A DNA stretch of 64,000 bases from Candidatus Bathyarchaeota archaeon (GTDB lineage: Archaea; Thermoproteota; Bathyarchaeia; Bathyarchaeales; Bathycorpusculaceae). The stretch is taken from positions 672,001-736,000 of the forward strand of contig CAWEPZ010000011.1 of NCBI GenBank assembly GCA_963811105.1, written 5' to 3'. This document shows, piece after piece, positions 29,510-38,870 of the stretch (within the stretch, counting starts at the first letter, position 1; each line of letters begins with the position of its first letter). Under the pieces are notes generated by a model, which made no database searches, was not told the origin of the DNA, and saw only the letters and a program-made list of their open reading frames with translations. A program made the translations under genes and the position numbers.

Positions 29510-30052
29510 TTAAATGATTTCTACTCCCAGAGTTTGCTTCACAAACAATATTGATTCTTCTGGTGTTAACATGTGCTTAGGACCTATCGATTGTTTTTGT
29601 TTTCTGCGAATTTTCACTCGTTGCCCAGGACGGTTGACTGAAACACAAATATCCATTCCGAAGATGCCTATGTCAGGATCATATTTTACGCCGGGAATTT
29701 CAATGTGTTCTTTAAGACCGAAGGCAAAGTTACCGCGCACATCAAAGGAGCTCTTTGAAACTTTGTTGTCAACGACTGGCAGCACTTTCTTTAAGAAGTC
29801 AATTGCATTTTGCTTGCGCAACGTTACAACCACAGCTATTGACTCTCCTTCGCGTATGCCAAAATCTCGAATGGTTTTTTTAGCCTTTTTCTTTACAGGC
29901 GTCTGATTTGTTATTTCTTTGAGCACTTTGTTAGCTTTTTCGAGAGGTTCACCTGATTTTCCAACGTTCAGGTTTACTACAACTTTCTCAATTCGAGGCT
30001 TAAGCATTGGATGCTCCGCCCAATTCTTAATCATTGCTTCTTCCTCAGACAA
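29510..30052 (-). CDS. rpl5: 50S ribosomal protein uL5
   Basis: [40 protein letters not shown]. Confidence 0.96.
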   Translation of the reverse strand: MSEEEAMIKNWAEHPMLKPRIEKVVVNLNVGKSGEPLEKANKVLKEITNQTPVKKKAKKTIRDFGIREGESIAVVVTLRKQNAIDFLKKVLPVVDNKVSKSSFDVRGNFAFGLKEHIEIPGVKYDPDIGIFGMDICVSVNRPGQRVKIRRKQKQSIGPKHMLTPEESILFVKQTLGVEII

Positions 30053-30809
30053 CTGCAGATGCCTCCGGTAAACCTATGAGCGATGTTACTTCGCCTACAG
30101 TAAAGATGAAGTCTAAGATTGTTTGGTAACGCACACCTTGCGCGTCTTCAATAACCACAAGAGCTTGGCGACGTTTTTTGGCAACAGTTTTTTCTATTTC
30201 AACTATTCTGCCTTGTTTTCCAATGTTTTTTCCGCCTGTGATTACTGCCAAGTTTCCTTCCCTGGTTTTCAAGCGCTGTACAACTTGTTTTTCTGGAAAA
30301 GTCACTTTCAGGACATCGAAAGTCTCGTAGTCTACTTCCACAGGTTTCTTAGGATCTACAACTCTAATTAGCATATTTGAGCCGTCGTGGAGAGCAATTT
30401 GAACGCCATTTCTAACGACTACTTTGTTCTCAACTCGCGCCAACTTGAAGTTTGCTTCTTCTTTGCTTATAGGACTTAAAATCAGCCCTTTGATGGACGG
30501 CATTAAACGGTAATATTTGCCTGAATCAGACATTGAGATAACGTCCATCAAACCGACTGGAAAGTCGTCTTTTTTCATGACTTTATTGTTAACTTGTACT
30601 TTGCCTTGGGAAAGTATCATTTTACTTTCTCTCCTTGTTTGTGCAACGCCCAGAATGTCTCTTAGTATCAGGGTTAATGGTAAGCAATTCTGGAGCGAGT
30701 GAGAACCAGGTGAGGGCTTTACTATCCAGGGCATTTCTTTTCTGTGGATCGGCCAGAACCTTGGTGCCGGCTTACGTTTTAGCCTTGCTGTTTTTCCTTT
30801 TTTACCCAA
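30045..30809 (-). CDS. rps4e: 30S ribosomal protein S4e
   Basis: LKRKPAPRFWPI, PSPGSH, FPVGLMDVI, ITGGKNIG. Confidence 0.96.
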   Translation of the reverse strand: MGKKGKTARLKRKPAPRFWPIHRKEMPWIVKPSPGSHSLQNCLPLTLILRDILGVAQTRRESKMILSQGKVQVNNKVMKKDDFPVGLMDVISMSDSGKYYRLMPSIKGLILSPISKEEANFKLARVENKVVVRNGVQIALHDGSNMLIRVVDPKKPVEVDYETFDVLKVTFPEKQVVQRLKTREGNLAVITGGKNIGKQGRIVEIEKTVAKKRRQALVVIEDAQGVRYQTILDFIFTVGEVTSLIGLPEASAVV

Positions 30810-30811
30810 AA

Positions 30812-31618
30812 TTATTGTCCTCCTTTATTTTCTTCTGAAGCTTTACTTTTAGCGCTTGACTTAGGCTGCTTTTCTTTGGCTGCCATTTCTTTAGCTGGTG
30901 CTTCTTTTTTTGATGAAGTTGATTTGCTTTCTGCCGTTTTTGGCTTTGCCACTTTTTTTGCGGTAACTTTTTGTTTGGCAGGTGCCTTTTTCTCTTGAAC
31001 TACTTCTTTTTCAGCAATAGGTTTCTTGGCGGCTGGTTTCTTGGCTACTACAGCTTTTGCAGTCGATTTTTCTGCTTTTTTCTCAGAAACCTTTTCTGAG
31101 GGTGCCTCTTCTCTTTCAACTTCAGGTATTATTTTTTTGGATTCTTCTGCTTCTATTGGTTTTGCTTCTTTTGCCTCTTCAACTTTAGCTCTAAGTTTTT
31201 CTGGTGCCTTTGCAGCTTTCTTTGCCGGTTTAGCTTTCGGCTTTTCTATTTCCTTCTTTCGTCCAAGAACGTTTTTGCGCCATTTGTCGTCTAGATTAAG
31301 GTTTCTAATCTGAACTTTAGATGGGTGAACTGCGATGAAAATGTTAGTTCCGTCCACTTTCTCGCGTGTTAATCCCTCAAGATAAACTCTGTATTCTTTG
31401 AGGTCAACTCTTGAAACTTTACCTTCGAACCCCTTGTTATCTCCACGTTGAACTCTAACTGTGTCGCCTTTCCTTACCGGAAGGGTCTTTGCGCCTCTTG
31501 AAGCAGCAAGCTCATTTGATAAGGGAGCTGCCATAAGCTTATGACGCAGGTGAGCAGGAGCGTTAAAAACTTTTTTCCGTTGTTTACCAGGATTCTTTAC
31601 TCGTTTTGTATCTTGCAT
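30812..31618 (-). CDS. rpl24: 50S ribosomal protein uL24 with a ~145-aa K/A/E-rich tail
   Basis: PGKQRK...APAHLRHK, VRKGDTVRVQRG, HPSKVQI, LDDKWR, then a low-complexity tail. Confidence 0.95.
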   Translation of the reverse strand: MQDTKRVKNPGKQRKKVFNAPAHLRHKLMAAPLSNELAASRGAKTLPVRKGDTVRVQRGDNKGFEGKVSRVDLKEYRVYLEGLTREKVDGTNIFIAVHPSKVQIRNLNLDDKWRKNVLGRKKEIEKPKAKPAKKAAKAPEKLRAKVEEAKEAKPIEAEESKKIIPEVEREEAPSEKVSEKKAEKSTAKAVVAKKPAAKKPIAEKEVVQEKKAPAKQKVTAKKVAKPKTAESKSTSSKKEAPAKEMAAKEKQPKSSAKSKASEENKGGQ

Positions 31619-31628
31619 TATCTTGCAC

Positions 31629-32069
31629 CTACACTATTATGCTTGAGGCACTTGCGATTCGCGGCCATCTTTCAGCTGCCTCTCTTGCTACTGGACCTCT
31701 GATTTCTGAACCTTTCATTTCTCCTTCAGGAGTGATAATTACTGCGGCGTTATCTTCAAATTGAACCCAAACGCCATCCACACGTCTGAAGGTTTTTCTC
31801 TGTCGAACTACTACAGCTTGAAAGATTTTTTTCCTCATGTCTGGCGAACCTTGTCTGACCGAAACCGTTACTTTGTCGCCGACTGTTGCAGATGGATAAC
31901 GTCTCAGTCTGCCTTTGTAGCCCATTGCTTGAATGAGTCTTAGTACTCTTGCACCTGTATTATCGGCGCATCTCATTTCAGATCCTGATTGAAGGCCACG
32001 GCTGATTTTGTTTCCATGTGAAAGCATGCCTTTTGCAGTGAGGGCTCTCTGCTTTGCTTTTGCCGCCAT
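31629..32069 (-). CDS. rpl14: 50S ribosomal protein uL14
   Basis: CADNTGA, FEDNAAVI, GPVAREAAERWPRIAS. Confidence 0.97.
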   Translation of the reverse strand: MAAKAKQRALTAKGMLSHGNKISRGLQSGSEMRCADNTGARVLRLIQAMGYKGRLRRYPSATVGDKVTVSVRQGSPDMRKKIFQAVVVRQRKTFRRVDGVWVQFEDNAAVIITPEGEMKGSEIRGPVAREAAERWPRIASASSIIV

Positions 32070-32070
32070 T

Positions 32071-32391
32071 CTACTTTTCCTCTCCCAGTTTTTCTACAAC
32101 AACGAAAGAAACTGTCTTACTTATGGGTCTGCACTCTGCGATTCGAACGCGGTCTCCCTCTTTAACATCAATGCAGGGCGTATTGTGAGAAGCAATGTGA
32201 CCATGTCTTCGTTCATATCTTTGAAATTTTGAGGAAAACTGCAAGAATTCTCTGTCAACTATGACAGTCTTATCCATTTTCGCGGTTTGAACTGTACCGT
32301 CAAGTACACGACCTCTAATTGCTAGGATTCCATGGAATGGGCAGTTTCTGTCTTCGCATGTTTTTTTAGGTTGCTTAAAAGTCATTGACAT
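32071..32391 (-). CDS. rps17: 30S ribosomal protein uS17
   Basis: CEDRNCPFHG, KMDKTVIV, ECRPISKTVSF. Confidence 0.96.
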   Translation of the reverse strand: MSMTFKQPKKTCEDRNCPFHGILAIRGRVLDGTVQTAKMDKTVIVDREFLQFSSKFQRYERRHGHIASHNTPCIDVKEGDRVRIAECRPISKTVSFVVVEKLGEEK

Positions 32392-32672
32392 TACCATAAC
32401 CTCTTAATGCTTTTCTTAAGTCGGTCTTCTGATCTTCCGACCAAAAGTTTGCCGTCAATATCTACAGTGGTCCCGTCATCAAATGTAAAGTTGAAGACGG
32501 AAAATTCCTTAATTATACTCTTAGTGTGACCTTCATTTAGAAGTGTGAAGGTGTTTCTTGTTTCACCTATAACTTTGCCAGCTAAACCTATATAGTCTTC
32601 ATGGAGACTTTTGGTAATTTTAGCGTTTCTTCCAATAAACTCATCACGGATAATTTCTGGAGTTACTTTCAT
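32391..32672 (-). CDS. rnp1: Ribonuclease P protein component 1 (Rpp29)
   Basis: EFIG, GKVIGETRNT, IDGKLLVGRSEDRLK; lies between uL29 and uS17 as is usual. Confidence 0.92.
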   Translation of the reverse strand: MKVTPEIIRDEFIGRNAKITKSLHEDYIGLAGKVIGETRNTFTLLNEGHTKSIIKEFSVFNFTFDDGTTVDIDGKLLVGRSEDRLKKSIKRLW

Positions 32673-32977
32673 TTGGAAGCGGTCTCCTCACTTTCTTTCT
32701 TAGCAGCGGGCTTCTTAGCTGGTGCTTTTTCTTTCTTCTTTGGTTTCTCTTCTGACTCTTGTGATGGCTGTCTTATGCCCAATTTCTTTTCATTTTCTAC
32801 TGTTAATATTTGAGCGATTGTTTTGCGCAGTTCCCGTCCTCTTGTAGGGTTTTCAACAGCTCCCCCAGCATTAATCATTGTTTTTATACGAGACAATTCA
32901 ACGCGTAAATCAGCAAGTTTTTTTGCACGATCATCTGAGGACATTGCTTGGATATCTTTGATACGCATTATAGCCAT
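32669..32977 (-). CDS. rpl29: 50S ribosomal protein uL29 with a K/E-rich tail
   Basis: LADLRVEL, GAVENP, RKTIAQILT, then KKKEKAPAKKPAAKKE. Confidence 0.93.
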   Translation of the reverse strand: MAIMRIKDIQAMSSDDRAKKLADLRVELSRIKTMINAGGAVENPTRGRELRKTIAQILTVENEKKLGIRQPSQESEEKPKKKEKAPAKKPAAKKESEETASK

Positions 32978-33724
32978 CTATTGTTTTGCCTCCCCTTCTT
33001 TAGGCTGTTCGTCTGGCACCTCTGTCGCTTGCACATCGGGCTTTGGTCCTGCCGCTTCTTCTGCTTGAGGTGGCGCTTGGGTGACAGTTTTGGCTTCTGT
33101 TGGGATTGTTAATTTCTCTTCCAGTGGAGCAGCTGGGGAGATCTTGATTCTATCTGGGAAATATGCATCCGGCGGCATGATTTTTACTCTTACGCCGATA
33201 ATGCCCGGTTTTAATTGGACATGAGCTTCAGCTTTCTTCATAGCGACAAGTGCTGGTTCTCCACATCTAGGGAAGTAGCCAGCTTTGAACTTTTCAAAAC
33301 GTGCTCGTTCAGTAGTGAGTTTCCCACTAATAACTATTTCAGCGCCAAGTGCGCCTGCTTCCATAACTTGGTTTAGCGCCCAAAAACCTGCACGTCTGAA
33401 GTGAACACCTCGTTGAAGCGCTGAGGCAACTCGGGAGGCTACAACGTAAGCGTTGAATTCTGGGACTTCAATTTCTGAAACTGAAATTTGAGGATTAGAA
33501 ACTTTAAAATTTTGTTCTAACGCTGATGCAAGCTCTTTTATTGTTTCTCCGCCTCTGCCAATGACTAAGCCAGGACGCATCGCGTAAATAACAACATGAG
33601 TTCCAAGCGGGGTTTTTGAGATGTTTACTCCGCCGTACCCAGCTCGGTCAAGTTTCTTTTGTAAAAACTCATCAATTTCTGTTCTTTTAATAGATTCAGT
33701 TATAAAACGTTTAACTATACTCAT
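32978..33724 (-). CDS. rps3: 30S ribosomal protein uS3
   Basis: RAGYGG, RPGLVIGRGG, GAEIVISGKL, GIIGVRVKIMPP; A/P/E-rich tail. Confidence 0.96.
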   Translation of the reverse strand: MSIVKRFITESIKRTEIDEFLQKKLDRAGYGGVNISKTPLGTHVVIYAMRPGLVIGRGGETIKELASALEQNFKVSNPQISVSEIEVPEFNAYVVASRVASALQRGVHFRRAGFWALNQVMEAGALGAEIVISGKLTTERARFEKFKAGYFPRCGEPALVAMKKAEAHVQLKPGIIGVRVKIMPPDAYFPDRIKISPAAPLEEKLTIPTEAKTVTQAPPQAEEAAGPKPDVQATEVPDEQPKEGEAKQ

Positions 33725-34210
33725 TTATTGCTCTCCTTGGGTCGGTTTCTCATCGAGAACTATTTCAACATGTGTTGTTGTGTCAAATTTAGGTGAGGCT
33801 CTTCCATGTGCTCTTGGAGCAAAACGCTTAAGCTTAATACCTTGATAAGCGGCTGCGTGGACAATACGCAAACGGTCAACATCTAAACCTTTATTTTCAG
33901 CGTTAGACTGCGCTGAACGCAAAACGTCAAGGATTTCTTCGGATGCCTTAACTGGGTATCGTCCACAAAAAGAATTTACAAGTCCATGACGATGAGGAAG
34001 TTTCTTGTTATATCTATTGTAAGGAATAGCCTTCTTTTTGGCCATAACATCTCGCAAATACTCTTTTGCTTCGTTTAGCATCCTGCCTTTGATAGCTTTG
34101 CATATTTCTCTTGCAGCTTTGTGGGATACTTTGAGTTCTCTTCCGCTTGCTTTCGCTGTTTTTTCTGGATTAAGCATTTCTTCAATTATCGAGTATCCCC
34201 ATTTTGGCAT
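33725..34210 (-). CDS. rpl22: 50S ribosomal protein uL22
   Basis: SHKAAREIC, GRYPVKAS, NAENKGLD, PRAHGRA, THVEIVL. Confidence 0.96.
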   Translation of the reverse strand: MPKWGYSIIEEMLNPEKTAKASGRELKVSHKAAREICKAIKGRMLNEAKEYLRDVMAKKKAIPYNRYNKKLPHRHGLVNSFCGRYPVKASEEILDVLRSAQSNAENKGLDVDRLRIVHAAAYQGIKLKRFAPRAHGRASPKFDTTTHVEIVLDEKPTQGEQ

Positions 34211-34721
34211 TTTTATATCTCCAGTGCGCAATCAAACACGTAAAAGCAATTTATATGGCTTTCCGTATCACAACTAAGATTTTGCTAAACTTGCTAGTTA
34301 AGGTTCCTGCGAAGGAACAATTCGAACGCGTGAGGTGTATAGTTTTTGGATTACGTTTAGGCTTTTATAGTTTTTCCAAAGAAATCCGACTAAGGCAAAA
34401 TTTTTGTGAAATTCCATGGACTTAATTACTCTGGAGGGACAAGCAAAATCTATATAGCTTCAGCATCAACCTCCAATATTGTCGCTGACTAAATCTGATT
34501 TTTCGGGGTCTTTGCCTGACAAATAGGGCTCATCTTAGCTAGCGGGGAAACAAATTCAGGTAATATCAACTTAGCGTCAATCCATGCAAATATCATCCGG
34601 TTTGAGATTAACTTGGTTTTTGTCGCTGATAGCATCCAAAGCTAAACATACGTTTGGTGCGATTTGTTTATTTTTCACTTCTTAAGTATGCTTAACATAG
34701 TTAATCAAGGAATAGAATTCC

Positions 34722-35789
34722 ATGTCAAACAAAAACGAGAAAATTACGATGCTTCATGGTGCAGGCGGCACTGTAATGCACAACTTGGTTAAGAACTACA
34801 TAGTAAAATATTTCGGTGGTATAGGAAACGCCGCTGAAGTGCCCTTGGAAGCCATGGATGACGCAGCAGTCATTGGTGATCTAGTTTTCAAGAGCGACTC
34901 GCATGCGGTTAAGCCGATCTTTTTCCCAGGCGGCGACATCGGACGCTTATCCATTTCAGGCACAGTAAACGATATTGCAGCTATGGGTGCGATGCCTTAT
35001 GCGTTAGCTTGCGGATTTATTTTGGAAGAAGGCTTGCTCATCTCTGATTTGGAGAGGATTTTGAAAAGCATGCGCGAAACCTGCGTTGAAGCAGGCGTTG
35101 GCATAGTAACAGGAGACACAAAAGTCGTTGAGAAGGGAAGTCTAGGTGGATTGGTCATGAATGTTTCAGGCATAGGCAAAAGAACAGAAGCCTTAGAGCA
35201 TGATCTTGCAGTGGCACGCAAATACAGAACAGTGGCTGCCCGCTGGACATTAGATTCCAACCTTGCCCTAGGAGACAAAATCATCTTGACAGGCACAATA
35301 GGCGACCACGGCTTAGCAGTACTTTCCGCTCAGCAGGGCTTGACGTTTGGGAGCGAAATAAAATCTGATGTAAGACCATTAAATCTCATGACACAACGAT
35401 TGTTTGCACAAATAGGGGGAGTTATTTCATTAAAAGATCCTACTCGTGGCGGCTTAGCGGATGCACTTAACGAGTGGACAGAAAAATCCAAAGTTGGAAT
35501 ATTAATCCAGGAGGAAAAAGTGCCGATTAGGCAAGATGTCCAGACTGCCTGTGACATGCTGGGAATAGACCCTTTGGAAGTTGGTAATGAGGGAAAATAT
35601 ATTATTGGAGTCGTTGCTGAGAAGGCTCAGGACGTTTTAGAATTTCTAAAACAAACTCAAGAAGGTAAAAATGCGCAAATAATCGGAGAAGTTACCACAG
35701 AGTTCAAAGGAGTTGCCATGCAGACGTTGGTTGGCGGCAAAAGAATAATTGCGAGGCCAATAGGCGACCCAGTTCCACGAATCTGCTGA
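34722..35789 (+). CDS. hypE: Hydrogenase maturation protein HypE
   Basis: HGAGG, FPGGDIG, TGDTKVV, DPTRGG, NEGK, C-terminal PRIC. Confidence 0.96.
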   Translation: MSNKNEKITMLHGAGGTVMHNLVKNYIVKYFGGIGNAAEVPLEAMDDAAVIGDLVFKSDSHAVKPIFFPGGDIGRLSISGTVNDIAAMGAMPYALACGFILEEGLLISDLERILKSMRETCVEAGVGIVTGDTKVVEKGSLGGLVMNVSGIGKRTEALEHDLAVARKYRTVAARWTLDSNLALGDKIILTGTIGDHGLAVLSAQQGLTFGSEIKSDVRPLNLMTQRLFAQIGGVISLKDPTRGGLADALNEWTEKSKVGILIQEEKVPIRQDVQTACDMLGIDPLEVGNEGKYIIGVVAEKAQDVLEFLKQTQEGKNAQIIGEVTTEFKGVAMQTLVGGKRIIARPIGDPVPRIC

Positions 35790-35941
35790 CGAGCATGGGA
35801 AATCCATCGCTTATTGGCAAATCTTATAAGAACAGATTCATGAGATAGGTTTCAATTTGAACCGTGTGGTGACTCAAGGCGTTTTGTAATTTAGACTATC
35901 TTCGGCGAAGATTTACGTTTGATAAATGGCAGCTTCTATTT

Positions 35942-37477
35942 TTGCTACTCATAGTCATTTGCGGTTCAGTGCTGCTTTTTAATTTAGCGTATATGAACAT
36001 TCTTTGGGATGAAACTCCCCATCTCCTCGGCGGATTATTCTTATCTCAAGGAAGATTAAGTGACTATCTGGCCTTAACCCGCTATCCACCCTTGTTAGAT
36101 GTAATTATGGCTGGATTCTTCAAAGTCTTCGGCGCAAGTGTATTCGCAGGGAGACTTGTTTCAGTTACTTTTGGGCTTCTTACCTTAGTCGTTGTGTTTA
36201 AACTCGCCTCTCGCGCCTATGGGAGAAGAGTCGCATTTGTTTCTTGTCTAATTATGGCTACAATGTCTGGGTTTCTTTGGCTTTCCCGTGTGACGCTTTT
36301 GGAGATGGCGCTTGAGTTTTTCTTTGTCACTGCAATAATGCTGTTTGTGGATTGGTGGTACACGGGCAAGGATAGGACCATACTTCTCAGCGGCGTTGCA
36401 TTAGGTTTAGTATTTTTAACTAAATATCAAGGTTTAGTAGCTGGTTTAGTCATTCTCGCCAGCCTGCCATTCATGCTCTATCGTAGTGAAAATAAGCCAA
36501 AGACTTCTCGGTTTTGGCTTCTAATTGCGGCTACAGTCTTCATTATTGTTCCAGTTATTGCCTTCACGTATTTTTCAGGATCATTGGGTCAATGGCTACA
36601 CTTTCTTTGGGGTAGCGATGCCTCAACAAATGTGTATAGTTCACGGTTTCCGCAGCCAATTTTCTATTTAATTGAAATAACTCAGCCCTTGGACTTTGTT
36701 CACCCAATTTCAATTCTAGTCCTTATTCTTGGTTTGCTTGGACTTGCCTTTTTTTCCTGGCGCAGAAAAACAATGGATAAGTTGTTTCTGGTTTGGTTCG
36801 TTTTAATTTACGTTTTTTTCACATTGATTGGGACAAAAAGTTGGCGGTACATTATGCCTTTGGCGCCTGTAATTGCCATTTCAGCGGCGAGCTTTGTCAT
36901 GTTTCTTTATGGAAAACTAGAGATTTCATGGAAATCTGTTCGCTTAAGCATGGATAAGAAGCTGATTGCTAAAATCTGTGCTGGATTACTCATAAGCTTT
37001 ACTGCTGTTGCCCTTGTTTCCAGTACGGTAGATGCGTATAACTGGATTGCCAAAGATGCATTTTACACATTTCCGCTGCCTCAAGCGATCCATTTCGTAG
37101 CAGCTGGATTAATGGACAATGAGTCAGTTATGGTTGTTTGCGCCAATAATGTTCTAAGTTTAGATATTGCCACCTTTTACCTGCAAGCGTATGAATCAAA
37201 AACTAATGCGGCATATCAGTACCCGATGCTGCCTGTTGATGCATCCACAACAAACTTCAACATCACCGAATTCGTCAATCTTTGCCTACAAAGAGGCGTG
37301 AAATTCCTTCTTTTCTATGAGAACAGGGATATACCTTATTTCAATTCGACACAGACTGTGCAAACGGTTAAGGATATGATTACAGAAAGCGGCATGTTTA
37401 ACGCACCGACGACCTTTGGAGCTGAGCCGCGAAGATTGTGGGTGTTTGAAGTAAATGCAACTGTTTTGCAAACGTAG
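35942..37477 (+). CDS. Glycosyltransferase family 39 (ArnT/PMT-like) membrane protein
   Basis: WDE, YPPL, GRLVSV.FG, LTKY, RYIMP and many TM segments. The true start may lie upstream (~35858) across a lesion. Confidence 0.82.
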   Translation: MLLIVICGSVLLFNLAYMNILWDETPHLLGGLFLSQGRLSDYLALTRYPPLLDVIMAGFFKVFGASVFAGRLVSVTFGLLTLVVVFKLASRAYGRRVAFVSCLIMATMSGFLWLSRVTLLEMALEFFFVTAIMLFVDWWYTGKDRTILLSGVALGLVFLTKYQGLVAGLVILASLPFMLYRSENKPKTSRFWLLIAATVFIIVPVIAFTYFSGSLGQWLHFLWGSDASTNVYSSRFPQPIFYLIEITQPLDFVHPISILVLILGLLGLAFFSWRRKTMDKLFLVWFVLIYVFFTLIGTKSWRYIMPLAPVIAISAASFVMFLYGKLEISWKSVRLSMDKKLIAKICAGLLISFTAVALVSSTVDAYNWIAKDAFYTFPLPQAIHFVAAGLMDNESVMVVCANNVLSLDIATFYLQAYESKTNAAYQYPMLPVDASTTNFNITEFVNLCLQRGVKFLLFYENRDIPYFNSTQTVQTVKDMITESGMFNAPTTFGAEPRRLWVFEVNATVLQT

Positions 37478-37485
37478 GCAAATTT

Positions 37486-38574
37486 TTACGCTTCCACAGT
37501 TACGTTTTTTGCCCAAACCCTGCAAGTGCCTTCACTGCTAACCATGCATGCACCAACAGGTTTTTCAGGAGTACAAGCTTTCAAAAACATTGGGCATTCA
37601 TTAGGCTTGATTTTTCCGATAATTACAAGGTGGCATTCACAACCAAGCAGGATGTCTTTGCCCTGCTCAACATGAACACCGAACTTCAATCTAGCGTCAT
37701 AATCTGCAAGCGACTCACGCAACTGCAACGCTGAGTCTGGAAGCCTGCCGATACCACGCCAGTTACCGCTTGTAATGCTAAAAGCTTTATTCATCATGTC
37801 CAGCGCACGAGGGTTGCCTTCAGGCTTAACTACACGAGGATACTCATTCTCTAATAGAGCAGTGCCTTCGCTTTGCTGCTTCACGATCATATAAATAGAC
37901 ATCAACACATCAATGGGTTCAAACCCAGCCACAACGGTTGGCATCCTATAAACTCGCGGAAACAACTCATAAGGCTTCAAGCCGATTATCGCGCTTACAT
38001 GCCCAGGCGCTATGAAACCGTCAATCTGCAAGTCACCAACGCCGAGCAAAAGCTCCATTGCTGGAGGAATCAAACGGTGAGAAACAAGAAAACTGAGGTT
38101 TCCAGGTGGGTTCGCAAGTGCTTCAACCGCTGTTGAGGGGGCGGTGGTTTCGAAACCGACAGCGAAAAATGCAAACTGCTTGTCGGGTTCGTGTTTAGCC
38201 ATTTCAACCGCGTCAGATGTCGCGTAAACGATTCTGACGTCAGCGCCAGCTGCCTTAGCTTCTAGAAGCGACATTTGGCTGCCTGGCACACGTAACACAT
38301 CGCCGAAACACGTTACCACTATGCCTTTTTGTGCTAACTGAACCGCTTCATCAATTTCAGCTGCAGGTACAATGCATACGGGGCATCCTGGACCAGCTAT
38401 AACTTCAACGTTCTCAGGTAAAAGGCTACGCAATCCAAAATGCGTTATTGTCCACTCGTGCGTTCCGCAAACATGGCAGATTTTAGTTTTTCCAGCTTTA
38501 GGCGCCAAGTTTTTGATTTTTGAGGCGATGGTGTGTGCTAATTGTGGGTTTCGGAATTTTAGGTTTTCAGCCAA
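37486..38574 (-). CDS. hypD: Hydrogenase maturation protein HypD
   Basis: HVCGTHE, GPGCPVC, GFETTAP, PGHVS, GACMVSSEGTC. Confidence 0.97.
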   Translation of the reverse strand: MAENLKFRNPQLAHTIASKIKNLAPKAGKTKICHVCGTHEWTITHFGLRSLLPENVEVIAGPGCPVCIVPAAEIDEAVQLAQKGIVVTCFGDVLRVPGSQMSLLEAKAAGADVRIVYATSDAVEMAKHEPDKQFAFFAVGFETTAPSTAVEALANPPGNLSFLVSHRLIPPAMELLLGVGDLQIDGFIAPGHVSAIIGLKPYELFPRVYRMPTVVAGFEPIDVLMSIYMIVKQQSEGTALLENEYPRVVKPEGNPRALDMMNKAFSITSGNWRGIGRLPDSALQLRESLADYDARLKFGVHVEQGKDILLGCECHLVIIGKIKPNECPMFLKACTPEKPVGACMVSSEGTCRVWAKNVTVEA

Positions 38575-38595
38575 GCCAATTACCTTAATCGTTGT

Positions 38596-38820
38596 TTATT
38601 CTTGGCCTGCTGCAAGAATCTCGTTCCATAAGCTTATGGTTTCTTCTGCTTCTTTTTCTTCAATAATTTGGATCGCGTAACCGGCGTGAACAAGAACGTA
38701 TTCTCCGACTTTTGCTTCAACAAGCGAAACGTTAACTTCCCGAAGGACGCCTTGGCCAAAATCCACATTGGCTTTTTCGCCGTTAATCTTCATTATTTTG
38801 GCGGGAATTGCTAAACACAT
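38596..38820 (-). CDS. hypC: Hydrogenase maturation chaperone HypC
   Basis: MCLAIPA, VLVHAGYAI. Confidence 0.97.
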   Translation of the reverse strand: MCLAIPAKIMKINGEKANVDFGQGVLREVNVSLVEAKVGEYVLVHAGYAIQIIEEKEAEETISLWNEILAAGQE

Positions 38821-38870
38821 ACTTTATCAGTTATTAAGGACGCATTAAACGGCGATAAAAAGAAATTGGT

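Noticed and set aside
34232-34721. ~490-bp gap between rpl22 and hypE as a possible ncRNA or gene
   Set aside because: All frames are interrupted, and no RNase P, SRP or tRNA hallmarks were recognised.
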